NCBI GenBank assembly: GCA_030324005.1
Contig: JARDVH010000097.1
Coordinates: forward strand, 63,049,852 to 63,113,851
Direction: 5' to 3'
DNA: 64,000 bases
Origin: Negaprion brevirostris
Lineage: Eukaryota
Below, one piece after another: positions 1 through 12,685 of the stretch. Every line of letters begins with the position of its first letter. Position 1 is the stretch's first letter. The position numbers were made by a program, and so were the translations under genes. Below the pieces are notes generated by a model that was given only the letters and a program-made list of their open reading frames with translations, did no database searches and was not told the origin of the DNA.

Positions 1-185
1 CTACCTCGCTAAATATATTTAAGACGCGGGTAGATAGGTTTTTGGTTGGCAAGGGGATTAAGGGTTATGGGGAGAAGGTGGGAAAGTGGAACTGAGCCAC
101 TTCAGATGAGCCATGATTTTTTTGAATGGTGGGGCAGGCTCGAAGGGCTAGATGGCCTACTCCTGCTCCCATTTCTTATGGTCTT
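1..185 (+). mobile_element. CR1/HER1-type LINE 3' end
   Basis: RT C-terminal region plus the gatggcctactcctgctcc...ttcttatg tail. Confidence 0.85.
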
Positions 186-419
186 TTTTTTTTTGCAAAT
201 AAAGCAGGTTCTTCTGGAACCCTTGTCATGCTTTGCTCAATTTATTACATTTATTAAGCGTCAAGGCCATACATTTTATACCTTTAAGATAATCTGACTA
301 GCATTTTCTTTTTCCTTAATTTCTCTTAACTGCTAACTTTCTCATTAGAGTTGAGGATAATTCTCTTCCTATTTGGTATTCAAGTGTCTGTGCCTCAAAA
401 AATCTGAGATTGCTTTCTT

Positions 420-1515
420 AGAAACGTAGAATAGAGGTGCGGGAGATGACCCTTCAAGCTTGTACCACCGTTCAATATGATCATGGACTTCCAGTATCCC
501 ACTCCTGTTTTTTCTCCATATCCCTTTAGCCACAAGGGCCACACCCGCTTCCTCTTGAACATATCTAATGAACAGATTTCCGTGGTAGAGAATTCCACAG
601 GTTCACAACTGAATCAAGAAGTTCTTCCTTGACTCAGTCCTGAATTGCTTACCCCTTGTTCTTGGACTGTGACCCCTAGTTCTAGATCCTCCGCCTCCGC
701 CACAAACACTGGAAAATTCTTCCTGCATCTAACCTGTCCACTCCCATCAGGATTTTATATGTTTCTGAGATTCCCCCTCATTCTTCTAAATTCCAGTGAG
801 TGCAAGCCCAGTCGATCATGCTTTCTTCATATGTCATACTGTGGATGCTGGAATCGGAAACCAAAAGGGAAAATGCTGGAAAATCTCAGCAGGTCTGGCA
901 GCTTGCAAGGAGAGAAAAGAGCTGCTGTTTCGAGTCCAGATGATCCTTTGTCACAGCTAGCCATCTTGACTCGAAACATCAGTTCTTTTCCCTCTTTACA
1001 GATGCTGCCAGACCTGCTGAGATTTTCCAGCATTTTCTCTTTTGGTCTGCCATTCCAGGAGTCGATCTGGTGAACCTTCATTGAACTCCCCCAATAGCAA
1101 GAATGCCCTTCCTCAGAGTAGGGGACCAAAACTGCACACTACACTTGAACTGTGGACTCCAAGGCCTGTATAACTGCAACAAGACGTCTTTACTCCTATA
1201 TCAGATCCTCTTGCTATGAAGGTCAGCATGCCATTAGCTTTCCTCACTGCCTGCTGGGCATGCCAAAAGTGACTGTTCACTGTGATACCCAGGTAACGTT
1301 GCATTTCCCCTTTTCCTAAACTGCCACCATTCAGATAATCTTGCTTCCTGTTTTTGCCACCAAAGTGGATAACCTCATTATCCACATTAATTGTATTTGC
1401 CTACTCAGCCTGTCCAAGTCACCCTGCAGCCTGTTAGCATTGTCTTCACAGCACACATTGCTACCCAGCTTAGTGTCATCCACAAATTTGGAGATATTGC
1501 ATTCAATTCCTGCGT
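420..1515 (-). mobile_element. Degenerate CR1 LINE 3' portion, interrupted by a palindromic element at ~836-1047
   Basis: Minus-strand RT remnants (VIHFGGKN, AVRKANGML). Confidence 0.85.
836..1047. mobile_element. Palindromic Penelope-like-derived repeat
   Basis: Long inverted arms aaaatgctggaaaatctcagcaggtctggcagc / gctgccagacctgctgagattttccagcatttt. Confidence 0.75.
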
Positions 1516-2059
1516 CTAAGATCTTTGAGGTTTTAACGCTTGTTTTTTAAACCCTATAAGATTTCGGATGTTCTTCCAGCTGTTATTGGTTCCAATGTAA
1601 AGCACGCCATTTAGCTGCTGTCCCTGTGACATTCCATCTTGCCCTTCATTCTGGCACCAGGAAGGCAATATCATTAGGGATTCATTGTTATGAATATAAA
1701 ATAAACTGTGTTCCTCATTCTACTTTGACCTACAAATATAAAACACTAATATATTGGCATTCTGTCATCCATGGCAAATGCAGGAGCTGATGGTAACAGA
1801 TCAAAGATAAAATGTCTTCGTTTATACCTGTTCCTTTCCTCCGTTTTATCCAAACCTATTGGAGAAGTTGCTTATCTGAGACCTAAGAATCAGTTCCCTA
1901 TGCCCAACATTTTTATTCTTAAAGAATATTTTAAGATTCTGTAAGTTACTTGAATACATGATGATAAAAAAACTTGGCAGGTAGTAGTTTTGGTGTAACA
2001 AATTAAGAGGAATTGCTAAGTAACAAATAATTAATAGCCAGGTGATAATTTACAAAGTG

Positions 2060-2325
2060 GGGCAGCATGGTGGCACACTGGTTAGCACTGCAGTCCCACG
2101 GTGGCAGGGACCTGGTTCAGTTCCAGCTGCGGGTCACTGTGTGGAGTTTGCACGTTCTCCTCGTGTCTGCATGGATTCCTCTGGGTGCTGTGGTTTCTTC
2201 CCACAGTCTAAAGATGTGCGGGTTAGGTTGATTGGCCATGATAAATTGACCCTTGGTGTCAGGATTAGCAGAGNNNNNNNNNNNGGTTGTGGGATTAGGG
2301 CCTGGGTGGAATTGTGGTTGGTTTG
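2060..2325 (+). mobile_element. HE1/V-SINE-type tRNA-derived SINE
   Basis: tRNA-like head (tggcacactggttagcact) and central gtggagtttgcacgttctcc...ggtttcttcccacagtc domain. Confidence 0.85.
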
Positions 2326-2822
2326 ATGAATTAGCTCAGATGCTGGTTGATGCTAGTTCTGGTCTAGTCTGACTTTTCTCCTGGATGATCTTTCTCCTGT
2401 GAACCAGTGAAATCAAAGTTTAGCAATACAATCAAAAATACACAGTCTAGTCATTTTGGGTTGTCTCTCTCTGGTCATCTCTTGATAAACTGTACGCTCC
2501 AATACATTGTCAAACTAATTTCTGTTTAATCATTTTGAATTGCTCAAACTTCATACTTTTTGTACCTAATAAACGTCTACTTTTATACATATTAGGAATA
2601 ATATCCTTAATTTACTTCTAATCTAATCAATGCAAAACAGTACTTTCAACGCAACTCAGCAGTTAACTTTGCTTACCAAAAGCCCACATATAAAGTACTG
2701 CATCTAAAATTCATTGTACAAGGGAAATGTATGAAAACACATTTCTTACAGAATATGAATTATGCTTTAACCAAGAATTTCTTGTAAATTGTGATTAAAA
2801 TTACTTCTTCCTTGATGCTTAG

Positions 2823-2978
2823 CGAGTTGTGGAGCTGAACCCAGTACAGAAGGACATGATTCTGAAAGTGGCTGATTTGCTGTGTAATAATGGAGACCTG
2901 ATTGATGGAAGAGCTGAGTACTGGGTGGAGAAAGCAGCCAGACATTTTCCTGGTAACGGAGTAGTTTACAAGTTGAAG
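2823..2978 (+). CDS. RANBP2: RANBP2 exon (~human exon 4), RVVELNPVQKD...YKLK
   Basis: ttag| acceptor, aag|gtaagc donor, 156 nt; N-terminal TPR-region peptide. Confidence 0.93.
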
Positions 2979-3329
2979 GTAAGCTATAACGTTCCCCATT
3001 GTAGAACTTAGATAATAAAATATATTTGAAAAATCAATAGTTTTGTCAGCTGTGTCCTGTTCATTGGCTGCAGTAACGAGGTGCTAAGTCAGAAGTATCC
3101 AAGAAATTTAGAAGTTTTTGGAACTTAAACTCTGATAGAAATAAGGTTCATAACTGTACCCTTGCATTTTATAGCTCTTAATTTTCCCTGAACAAATAGG
3201 GTATTTAAGATATTTGAATTGTTGGTTATGTAAATTCTAACATTGAATTTGTGACCCCGTTGTAAGCTTTTCTCTGCTATTGCAGTAACTATACTTAAAA
3301 CATGTGTTCGTCTGTTTTTTTTTCAAAAG

Positions 3330-3560
3330 GAGAAGTTGCTGAGCACAAAGGGCGAATTGGGCCATTCTCAACTGTTCGACCTCATTCAGTCAGAATTACA
3401 TTCTAGGCCCGATGATCCACATGCTAATATTCGCTTGGTGAAATTCTATTGCTCCATTGGGAAACTTGAAGAAGCAGTGAATTTCTGCATTCATACAGAA
3501 AAAAGAAGAGCTCTTTGCAGAAGTCTGGAATGGTATACCTGCATGGTACAAACACTGAAG
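3330..3560 (+). CDS. RANBP2: RANBP2 exon (~exon 5), EKLLSTKG...VQTLK
   Basis: aag| acceptor after T tract, aag|gtatgt donor, 231 nt; LFDLIQSEL motif. Confidence 0.93.
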
Positions 3561-3960
3561 GTATGTAATAGTGTTTTTTTTTTGCTACTCTTTCTGCAAT
3601 GTTCTGTATCCTCTTTAAAAGCTATATAAAAGTCATACTCTATTTTCTTTGTGCTAATGAAAATTTCAACTTCAAATTGATTTAAAGTTTGTTTTCTACA
3701 AAGAAAGGAAGTAGCCTAAAATATGTAAGTGCAAATTTTTTGGAAGAACTAATTACTCATTTGTTATCTTAAATGGCTTTTCATAGCATGTAATCCAGGA
3801 AAGGAGGAAGGTAAAAGTAGACTCTTTTCTCTGCTCCATCTGATTTTGGTGTCCAGTGGAGGGAGTGGTATCTTATTAGAATTGTTTTGCCCCCAGTATA
3901 GGACATAAGGCTTTCAAACATTCTAAGATCTGTGGCATTTATTCTTGTACTATCCTGCAG

Positions 3961-4103
3961 AATAATCTTGGTTCAACAAATGTGTCAGCTGATAAAAGCA
4001 GACGGAGATTCTTGCAGAAGGAATTGCTGCTGGCTTCCTCTAATCTTTTGTACTTGACGTTATCGACCAGAGATGTCCGAGATGCTATTAATGCTCTGAT
4101 GAG
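3961..4103 (+). CDS. RANBP2: RANBP2 exon (~exon 6), NNLGSTN...LTLSTRDVRDAINALM
   Basis: ctgcag| acceptor, ag|gtaaag donor, ends in phase 2; LTLSTRDV motif. Confidence 0.9.
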
Positions 4104-6699
4104 GTAAAGTTTTGTATGTTCTAAATTTTTTTGTTACTCCACTGGCTTGAGCTGAGCTCAGTGTCTGAGTCTCCTGTTCTCCCTTTCCTGTTGAGTTCTT
4201 GAACGTGGTATTGCCTGCCAAATCAGTTCCCATTTTTCTCAGAATTCCATCTTTTTATCCCTTTTTGGTCAGGTTTCTACTCTTGTCACAATACCAAAAC
4301 AGTTCTAATCAAAGTCACAAATTATATTTCCCTCCAGGTCCTTCTCATACTATCTTGTCTTTGACGTAGATGAGGGGAAATGTTTTCTGAGGGTTGTACG
4401 ACTTTGAAACTCTGCTTCAGAAGGTGATGGAAGCAGACATTGAATATTTTTAAGGCAAAGGTGGATAAAATTTTGTAAGTCATGGGAATTGTGGTCATTG
4501 GGGATAGATAGAAATATGGAACCTGAAATGCAGAGAACAATAATGATTTTATTGGATGGTGAATCCAATTTGAGGGGCCAAATGGCCTAGTTCTGCTACT
4601 TCATATGTTTGTATTCAAAAATCACACATCCTTTGAATTTCATTGAAGTTCAATGCAGGAAGTCTAACTGATTGCACTGTTTACCTTGATGTTTGTGGTG
4701 AACATGTTGAAAAGAAACTTTCGGGTACCCTGTATTTATTATNNNNNNNNNNNNNNNNNNNNNNNNNNNNNNNNNNNNNNNNNNNNNNNNNNNNNNNNNN
4801 NNNNNNNNNNNNNNNNNNNNNNNNNNNNNNNNNNNNNNNNNNTTTTTGGTAAATTTGTGGGATATGGTCAGGTGAAGGGACATTTAGAAATCTAAAGGGA
4901 AATGTCAGAACACTATGGCATGGAATGATTTGAGTAAAGGCAAGCAAGGTGAGGCAGTAAGAGGGTACCAGGAACTGTGCATCAGTGAATTAGATCCATG
5001 TGAAAGAACAGTGGTAAATAAAATTTGAGGCTCTTTATCTGAATGCACAGAACATTCATAATGACAACTAAATTTGGATTAAATGGATTTGACTTGATTG
5101 CCTTTACACGATGAAGTTTAGGAAATTAATATTCAGAATATTTTCGAAAAGACAGTGGAAAAGGAACAGGGAGTGTAGTCAAGTAGTAAAGGATGATGTG
5201 AGAGCATTGGTGAAAGGAGTTTGGCTTGGAAGATCAGGAACTACATTCTGTATGATAGAGTTAAGAAGAACAAGGGTCAGAAAACATTTGTGACACTAAT
5301 TTATAGGCTGCTTAACAATTGTTATATTGATTGTATGAATCAAATTGACAAATGTATTCTGGATGATGCATTTGTAGAAGACCACAGTTTCCCAGCGAAT
5401 ATATCGTGAAATCAACTAAGTGTGAACTTGTTTCATATCTAATGATGTAATGAAACAAAATTAGTAAAATATCCTCTGGGGGTGGGGTGATCAAAATACA
5501 ATCAAATTTTATCTTAGGTTTGAGAATGACATACTCAAATCCAAACAATTGAGCCAGTTACATGAGGGAAGAACTGGCTAATGCTGATTGAGCTGAAAGG
5601 TAGGGTGGTAAATTTTAAAAAAAAAGTGGAAAGAATTCATTGTTGTTATGGCATGGCAGATAAGTGTCCAAATCCCAAACGTAAAATTGTATTTATGTAG
5701 CGGTAACTGGAGTGAAGGTTGGTAATCATCAGACCACTTGTGGTGATTTCCAAATATTAAACATAAGCATTTATTAATATAAAGAAAATAACAGAGAACA
5801 TGATTAGACAGTTAATACTACTTCAATGAACATTATGTACAAGATATCGCTGAAATAAACTGAACTAAAAATTCCTTTTCAAGGCAACAGTCCTTGGCTT
5901 CCAGTAACATTACCTCGCAATGCTCTGCTACTCTAGGGGAAATCTCACATAGGTTCTCCTCTCCAAGAGTGGTGGCGTTCACAGGTTTGGCTTCAGCACA
6001 CAGTCTTGGTAAAACTTTCTCAGTCACACCAAACATCCTTCCGTCTCACTTGGGTATTTTTTTTCCTCTTTGATCTTCCACTCTTTTTTGTTTCTGCAGT
6101 CCTTTAGCAGCTCCTCCTCCCAAAATTAATCAACCCTTTCCCCCATTACTTCATGGCTAATATATATGTAAAGTAAACTTCCTCCCAATTGTGTTTTGAA
6201 ATCACTATCTGCCTAATGTTAAAATTTCAAGTCGAGTTGCTTCCCTGGAGTCTCATTTATTAGCATTTCAACCACTGCATTTACACCTTCTTTATTGATG
6301 TTAAAACCTTTGTAGTCTTCAGTTTAATTCTAGTGTCAAAAGGTTACAGGAATAGGGCCTGGGTCGGATTGTGGTTAGTGCAAACTTGATGGGTCGAATG
6401 GCCTCCTTCTGCACTGTAGGGATTCTATTAATTAAACCAGTTACACCCATGCATGCGCACATTGTTTCCCAGTATTTGATAATACTGCAAAACTGTTAAG
6501 AATTTTCATTTTTTTCTCATTGTTCAACAAAAAATAAAAACATCGAGACAGATCCTGAACAGTGACTTGCAGCAATGTTAAAGATTGTGATAGATGAAAA
6601 GAGCCTTGCAATATTTTGAAGAATAACAACCTGGACTTGGGTGAATTCTTGGGTTGGGGGCGGGGGTGACCAAAAACATTGAGAGGAAATAAAATGAGA

Positions 6700-7290
6700 A
6701 ATTAACCAGGGATGAACAGACTAAAAGCTTTTAAACATTTTAATGTTGGTCCTTTCTAGAAGTAGCAGCAGGGAAGTTAATGGGAAATGAAGAGGTGACT
6801 GTGAAATTGACAAAATATTTTTACATTTTTCCTTAGTAAAAAAAAGTTATGAACCACAGTAGTGAGGGACTAAAGCAAGGAACTTGCTTGTAATTAGCAT
6901 TGACAGGATAACTATTCGAGAAATTTAAGATTAAAAGCTGACAAATCTCTAGAGCCTGATGGTATCAGTCCATTAGTGTGGAGAGACATTTGGCTTACGT
7001 ACAGAAAGCAGAGAGTAGGGATAAAAGAAGCAATTTGAGGTTGGCAGGTCTTGACTGGTGGAAGGCCAGGAGGATCAGTGTGGGCCTCCAGTATTTACAA
7101 AGGAGATTAGAGTAATGTATCCAAGTTGACTGATGATACACAGCTAGTTGGAAATATAAGCTGTTGCTTCAATGACTGGGAACAAGCGGGCAGATAGATT
7201 CCTAATAGAAGTGAATGTAAGCTTCACAAGAATAGAAAAGCAGAATGTTTTTGTTATGAAAGGCAATTTGTAAATGTTGCTGTTTGGAGA
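6700..7290 (+). mobile_element. Degenerate CR1 ORF2 fragments
   Basis: KSxxPDG-like, cagagagtagggataaa and ccaagttgactgatgatacac (SKFADDT-like) remnants. Confidence 0.65.
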
Positions 7291-7389
7291 GTTGACAGGC
7301 AATCTGTCCCTTGATGTAGGACTTCATACACACAAGAAAAGCAGCCACATCCTTTGGCTGAGTCTTTAAAACAAAAGTTTAAATAAACT

Positions 7390-8430
7390 GATCTTGAAAA
7401 AGGTGCATCTCCACCCTGATCACACTAAATAACATCCCAGTGGAAATGGTTGGCAAATTCTGTGAACTTGGATCCGTAAGTACAGACAATCTGTCCGTTG
7501 GTGCAGACCTTCGTGCACATGTGGGGAAAGCAGTTCTCAGCTTTGGCTGACTCTTTGAAAGTATGCATGGAATAGCATCAAGCTGACCTGGGGACCAAGC
7601 TGATGGTTTGAGATGCGTTCTTGGCACCTTGCTGTATGTCTGTGAAACATGGATGATTACAGCTATCGAGGAAAGAACTTCAACCATCTTTGCTATCCAC
7701 AGCATGTTATGGTATTTCCTGGCAGGACAAAATCATTAATACAATAATCATGTCAAAGGTAGACCTCAAATCTGTGAACAGTCATTAAGCTGATGTGACT
7801 TTGTTGGATCAGGCATGAGATAGAATGCAAACATATTCCCAAGGACTCTTCTTGATAAGGTAGTTGGAGCCAGTGATCAGCAGAATGGCCAAAGCTTTGT
7901 TTCAAAGATGTTTACAAGCATGGCATGAAGACCCTAGACCATAAGAACATAAGAAATAGGAGCAGGAGTAGGCCATCTAACCCTTCGAGCTTGCCCCACC
8001 ATTCAGTAAGATAATGGCTGATCTGTCGTGGCTCAGTTCCACTTTCCCGCTGTCTCCCCATAACCCTTAATCCCCTTGCCTATCAAAAACCTATCTACCC
8101 GTGTCTTAAATATATTTAGCAAGGCAGCCTCCACCACTTCAACGGGCAGAGAATTCCAGAGATTCACCACCCTTTGAGTNNNNNNNNNNNNNNNNNNNNN
8201 NNNNNNNNNNNNNNNNNNNNNNNNNNNNNNNNNNNNNNNNNNNNNNNNNNNNNNNNNNNNNNNNNNNNNNNNNNNNNNNCTCTGGGCTGATGTGCACCAC
8301 CACAATTACTAGTAGCTACAGCGGCTTGGCATTGGATGTCATTAATGCTGGCCTACAATAGCACATGGTAGCTTCAGGTGAGGCATGTGGCAGAACTTGC
8401 CTCTTCAACCATCTGCAGAGGTGTGCTATA
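7390..8430 (+). mobile_element. RTE-like LINE RT remnant, split by a minus-strand CR1 3' end (~7940-8180)
   Basis: ITLNNIPVEMVGKFCELGS and LLYVCETW-type RT C-terminal motifs; CR1 tail cataagaacataagaaataggagcagg at ~7940. Confidence 0.6.
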
Positions 8431-8499
8431 TAACGATACCCTATCTGAAATGGATTTGTTGTGTATCTATCATCTTTGGTAGCTAAGGATTCAGGAATA

Positions 8500-8975
8500 T
8501 CCAAGGAAGAATGTACTCAGCTTGGAGTTAGTACATTGACATTTCATTTTATTCGACTCTGGGAGAAGAGTGTTAATCAACGATGAGCAGGGTAAACTCA
8601 ACTAGGTCTATATTTTCTGGAGTTTAGAAGGATGCGATGACCTCATTTAATCAAACAAGGTTCTGAAGTGGCTTGACACTGTAGACACTGAAATATCAAT
8701 TTTCCTGGCTAGGGAATCTAGAGCGTGGGCACATCCTTGGTTAAGGAGTCGATCATTTAGGACTCAATTGAATAACTGTTTTCACTCCTAGGGTTGTAAN
8801 NNNNNNNNNNNNNNNNNNNNNNNNNNNNNNNNTTCATCATTAAATATATTCTAGCCTGAGTGAGACTTTTCGTCGTCTAGCAATCGAGCGGGTGCGAAGA
8901 TGGAGTTGAGCCAGAAGATCAGCCATAATTGTATGAAATGGCAGAGCATGTTCAAGTGGCTGACTCTTGTGCTCC
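8500..8975 (+). mobile_element. Degenerate CR1 3' region
   Basis: LGLYFLEFRR-like RT C-terminus followed by a 3'UTR. Confidence 0.65.
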
Positions 8976-10106
8976 AATGGGGATTAGTAAAATGAATTCC
9001 AATTTAGTCTGCAGTTGGTGATGGTGGACAGTTTGATAAGTGAGACTTTGGTCCCCAGGTCAGCTTGATGCTATTCCATGCATATTTTTAAAGAGTCAGC
9101 CAAAGGTGATAACTGCTTTCCGCACGTGTGATGAAGTTCTGCACCAAGGGACAGGTTGTCTGTACTAATGGATGCAAGTTCACACAATGAAAATCCAGTC
9201 CTTTCATTTGTATAGAGTTGACAACTTGTCTGGTCCTTGGCATGTTTGTTGGGATAACAACCTTGATGTTCTTAGAGCAGCAAAACCCATCAAATTCAAC
9301 GACAGCAGAGAGGAAGCTGTGCTATAGAAATTATTATAGAACAATGCTTGTATATAAATATTTGAAAAGCTAGAAGTAGAACCTTGGGATACTGGAGATA
9401 ATTATCTCAGCATTGGAAAATAAGGCAGTTTAAGTTTATTTATTAGTGTCACAAATAGGCTTACATTAACATTAATGTAACACCGCAGTGAAGTTACTGT
9501 GACAGTCTCCTTTTACATGCATTATAAGGTGTATATTGCCTTTAACCAAGGTTTTGATCACCTATTCAAAAATTGTATAGTTGGTGTCAAATTTTGCTTG
9601 CTAACAATCCTGTGAAATGATTTGGAATGTCTATATAAAAGAGTTGATCATTGAGAGAAGTAGGAATGGAACTGAGAGCAGACCAACAAAAGGGAAGCAG
9701 GGATACTTGGTTTTGTCTAGCTTTACTATAATTTCTGACATATTCTACAACCCCAAAGACATGTGGGTTGGATTGATTGGCTGTGTTAAATTGACCCTTA
9801 GTGTCAGGAGGATTAGCAGGGTAAATTTGTGGGGTTGCAGGGAAAAGGCCTTGATGGGATTGGTGTCATTGGAGGATTGTTGGGCCAAATTGACACCACC
9901 TGCACTGTAGGGATTCTATAACTAAGGTCCATTTCTAACCATGTCACAACCAGTGACTTTTTTTAAAGATGAAAATGTAATGTTGGTAGCAAGATCCTGG
10001 ATAAAGCAAGGACAAAGGGTACTTTAAGCCCATGTGTTGCCCTAATGGTCTTTAGGAAAATTCTGACAATTCCTTAATGCTTTTTTGAACTTTTGTTTTG
10101 TTTTAG

Positions 10107-10302
10107 TTTTGATCATGCAATGCATATCTCAAAATCCTATTTAACTGCAACAATAGATGATCTTTCTGTTACCTTCACTGAAATGAGAGGACAACTCTAT
10201 TTACATGCTGGAACATTACTTCTAAAGATGGCTCAACAGAATGAGATTCGGTGGAAAGCAGTTATAGACCTTGCAACATTATGCTATCTAATTGCCAATC
10301 AG
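10107..10302 (+). CDS. RANBP2: RANBP2 exon (~exon 7), FDHAMH...CYLIANQ
   Basis: ttttag| acceptor, cag|gtaaac donor; HAGTLLLKMAQ motif; phase 2 to 0. Confidence 0.93.
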
Positions 10303-10408
10303 GTAAACATTTCCACTTTTTAAAGCTCTTGATCAATTGCCATGAAAATGTTGTAACTGACATTGTTTCTAACAGTGTTACTATACTAAATAATCCATAT
10401 GTTTCCAG

Positions 10409-10499
10409 GTTCCAAGACCCAAACTGAAATGTATAAAGTCCGAAGAAACAAACCAAGAATTGATAAATTGGCTAGCAGCAGACAGGCAAAGTCAATCAG
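10409..10499 (+). CDS. RANBP2: RANBP2 exon (~exon 8), VPRPKLK...DRQSQS
   Basis: ttccag| acceptor, g|gtaaca donor, 91 nt. Confidence 0.92.
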
Positions 10500-10627
10500 G
10501 TAACACTTTAATGTCAGTTTTGTTTCTTAGTAGACCTCAAAATAACATGCAGAAAGGTTTGTTGCTTTTTTTTGTACAGAATCCCTGCCAATTGACATTT
10601 TAAGATCAGCCCCTTCTGTTTTTGTAG

Positions 10628-10837
10628 GACATATGTTAATAACCTTAATGCTGGGGAAGCCTGATTTTCACAAAGAAGTGGTGGAGACTTTTGCGAACAA
10701 AAGTGGCCAGACTGCATTACTTGAAGCACTATTTGGAAGTCAAATATCTGTTGAAAGGTCATTCCTGGCCAATGATGATATCAGAAATGTAACTGGAGAG
10801 CAACCAGATCTAAATGAGCTCATAAAATGGGACGATG
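10628..10837 (+). CDS. RANBP2: RANBP2 exon (~exon 9), HMLITL...KWDD
   Basis: tgtag| acceptor, g|gtagga donor, 210 nt; VVETFANKSGQ motif. Confidence 0.93.
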
Positions 10838-11223
10838 GTAGGAAACTATCAAGATTTTAAATATTCCTCTGCTTCATCTTTTAGACTGTGGTATGATTAC
10901 ATTTGAATATCCTGGTTAGTGTTATTGGATTATGTTCTCATCACGGTGCTGTTGCTGTGCTCTACTCATTTTTGAAATGAGAGACAGGAAGCCATCTTGA
11001 ACATATTTTGTTAGCTGGATGCCTACTGAATATTTGTCTGGGATAAATTAAAAGGCAAATTATTTATTAAGATATTTTGCAGCAAAGCTAATCCCACATC
11101 AAACTTTGGTTAAAAATTATATTTTAGATTACATAATTTAACAGGATTCTTTGCTTCTTTTGGTATTCCTAATGTACTATATAGTTTGATAAAACCACAG
11201 TTTTGCTTTTTGGGCTTTCTCAG

Positions 11224-11405
11224 CTTCTGTTAAATTGCATGGTGGAAATCTGCAGCATCTTGCTTGGCTTGGTTTGCAGCAGTTTTCAATGGACCAGTTA
11301 CCTATGGTGCGGAATTGGCTGAAGCAGTTATTTCCTCGACTGCCCCAAGAAACATCACGGCTTGAGACCAATGCTCCTGAGACTATTTGCATTTTGGATC
11401 TTGAG
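11224..11405 (+). CDS. RANBP2: RANBP2 exon (~exon 10), SVKLHGG...ICILDLE
   Basis: ctcag| acceptor, gag|gtaggg donor, 182 nt; ETSRLETNAPE motif. Confidence 0.95.
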
Positions 11406-11490
11406 GTAGGGTTAAAGCGATCTCATTTTTAAAGTTCTAGCAGAAATGGATGATCTTGGTCAGCATTAAAATTAAATATTTTTATTTCAG

Positions 11491-11666
11491 GTTTTTCTTC
11501 TTGGAGTGATATATTCAAGTCACACACAATTACAGGATAAATCAAATCTTCACTACGGTTTGCACCAACCAAGGTGTATGCCACTACCGATCAGTAAACT
11601 CCTCTATACAGACCAACAGAGAGCTTGGTGGGACGCTGTTTACAGCCTTATCCACAAAAGAGCACA
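11491..11666 (+). CDS. RANBP2: RANBP2 exon (~exon 11), VFLLGV...WWDAVYSLIHKRA
   Basis: tttcag| acceptor, ca|gtaagt donor, 176 nt. Confidence 0.95.
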
Positions 11667-11765
11667 GTAAGTATGCTAATAATTTTAATAATGAATTAAC
11701 TGCACAATTGTTTTGAACATATGTTGAGACAAAACTAAAAACCATTTATTATGTTTTTCTCATAG

Positions 11766-11889
11766 ACCTGGTACATCAGCTAAATTAAGACTCTTGATTC
11801 AACGTGAGCTTGGAACCTTGAGGGCACTAGAAAAGCATGGACTTCAACCTGCTCTAATTATACATTGGGCACAAAGCCTCCTTAACATT
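11766..11889 (+). CDS. RANBP2: RANBP2 exon (~exon 12), PGTSAKLRLL...HWAQSLLNI
   Basis: catag| acceptor, att|gtaagt donor, 124 nt; EKHGLQPAL motif. Confidence 0.95.
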
Positions 11890-12369
11890 GTAAGTCTCAA
11901 TCGTGGTATTTTTTTTGAGGAGATTATACAGTAGCATAATGGAAGTTGAATTATGATCTAACTGAATTATGATTTGACTTTTCATGCACCTTTTATAATC
12001 GAAGAACTGCAGTCACCTCGGTTTTTCTTATTGCAAAAGTATATATCTGTCAAGGTGGTTCATTAATCCAGGATCATCCTCAAACAACTTTCCACCTCCT
12101 TCCCCCATTTTGTGCTAGCTGGTATTGTAGCCTGACTACTGTTGTTTCAAACTACCATTCCACCTCCAAACTCTCTCTGTTCCTGCCCTTGAATGTAATG
12201 GTATCTTTGAAATCCCATCACTTCTGCCTGCAACATTGCTTGAATCTCTCTGGTTGGATATTTGCCTCTGTAATATAGTACTCAGTCACAGGTGGTATTT
12301 GACTTTCTGTGGTGCACTCTTTTTTTGACCCTTTTGCAGTGATCATCTTCCTTCAGTGCTCCACCTCTT

Positions 12370-12685
12370 AGAATGATAGACTCCCTACAGTGCAGTAGGA
12401 GGCTATTTGGCCCGTCGAGTGTGCACCAAAAACAATCCCACCCAGCCCCTGTCTCCATAACCCAATGTATTTAGCCTGTTAATTCCCCTGACTCTAAGGA
12501 GCAATTTAGAATGGCCAGTTAACCTTACCTGCACATCTTTGGAGTGTGGGAGAAAAGCAAAACACCCAGAGGAAACCTATGCAGATGGGGGAGAATGTGT
12601 GGGCTTTGCACAGTGACCCAAGGCCAGAATTGAACCTGGATCCCTGGCACTGTGAAGCAGCTGTGCTAACCACTGCCACCATGCC
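12370..12685 (-). mobile_element. HE1/V-SINE copy
   Basis: Reverse complement of the head and central domain seen at 2060 and 20207. Confidence 0.85.

Noticed and set aside
2060-2135. tRNA gene-like sequences at SINE heads
   Set aside because: They continue into SINE body and tail and lack a complete cloverleaf
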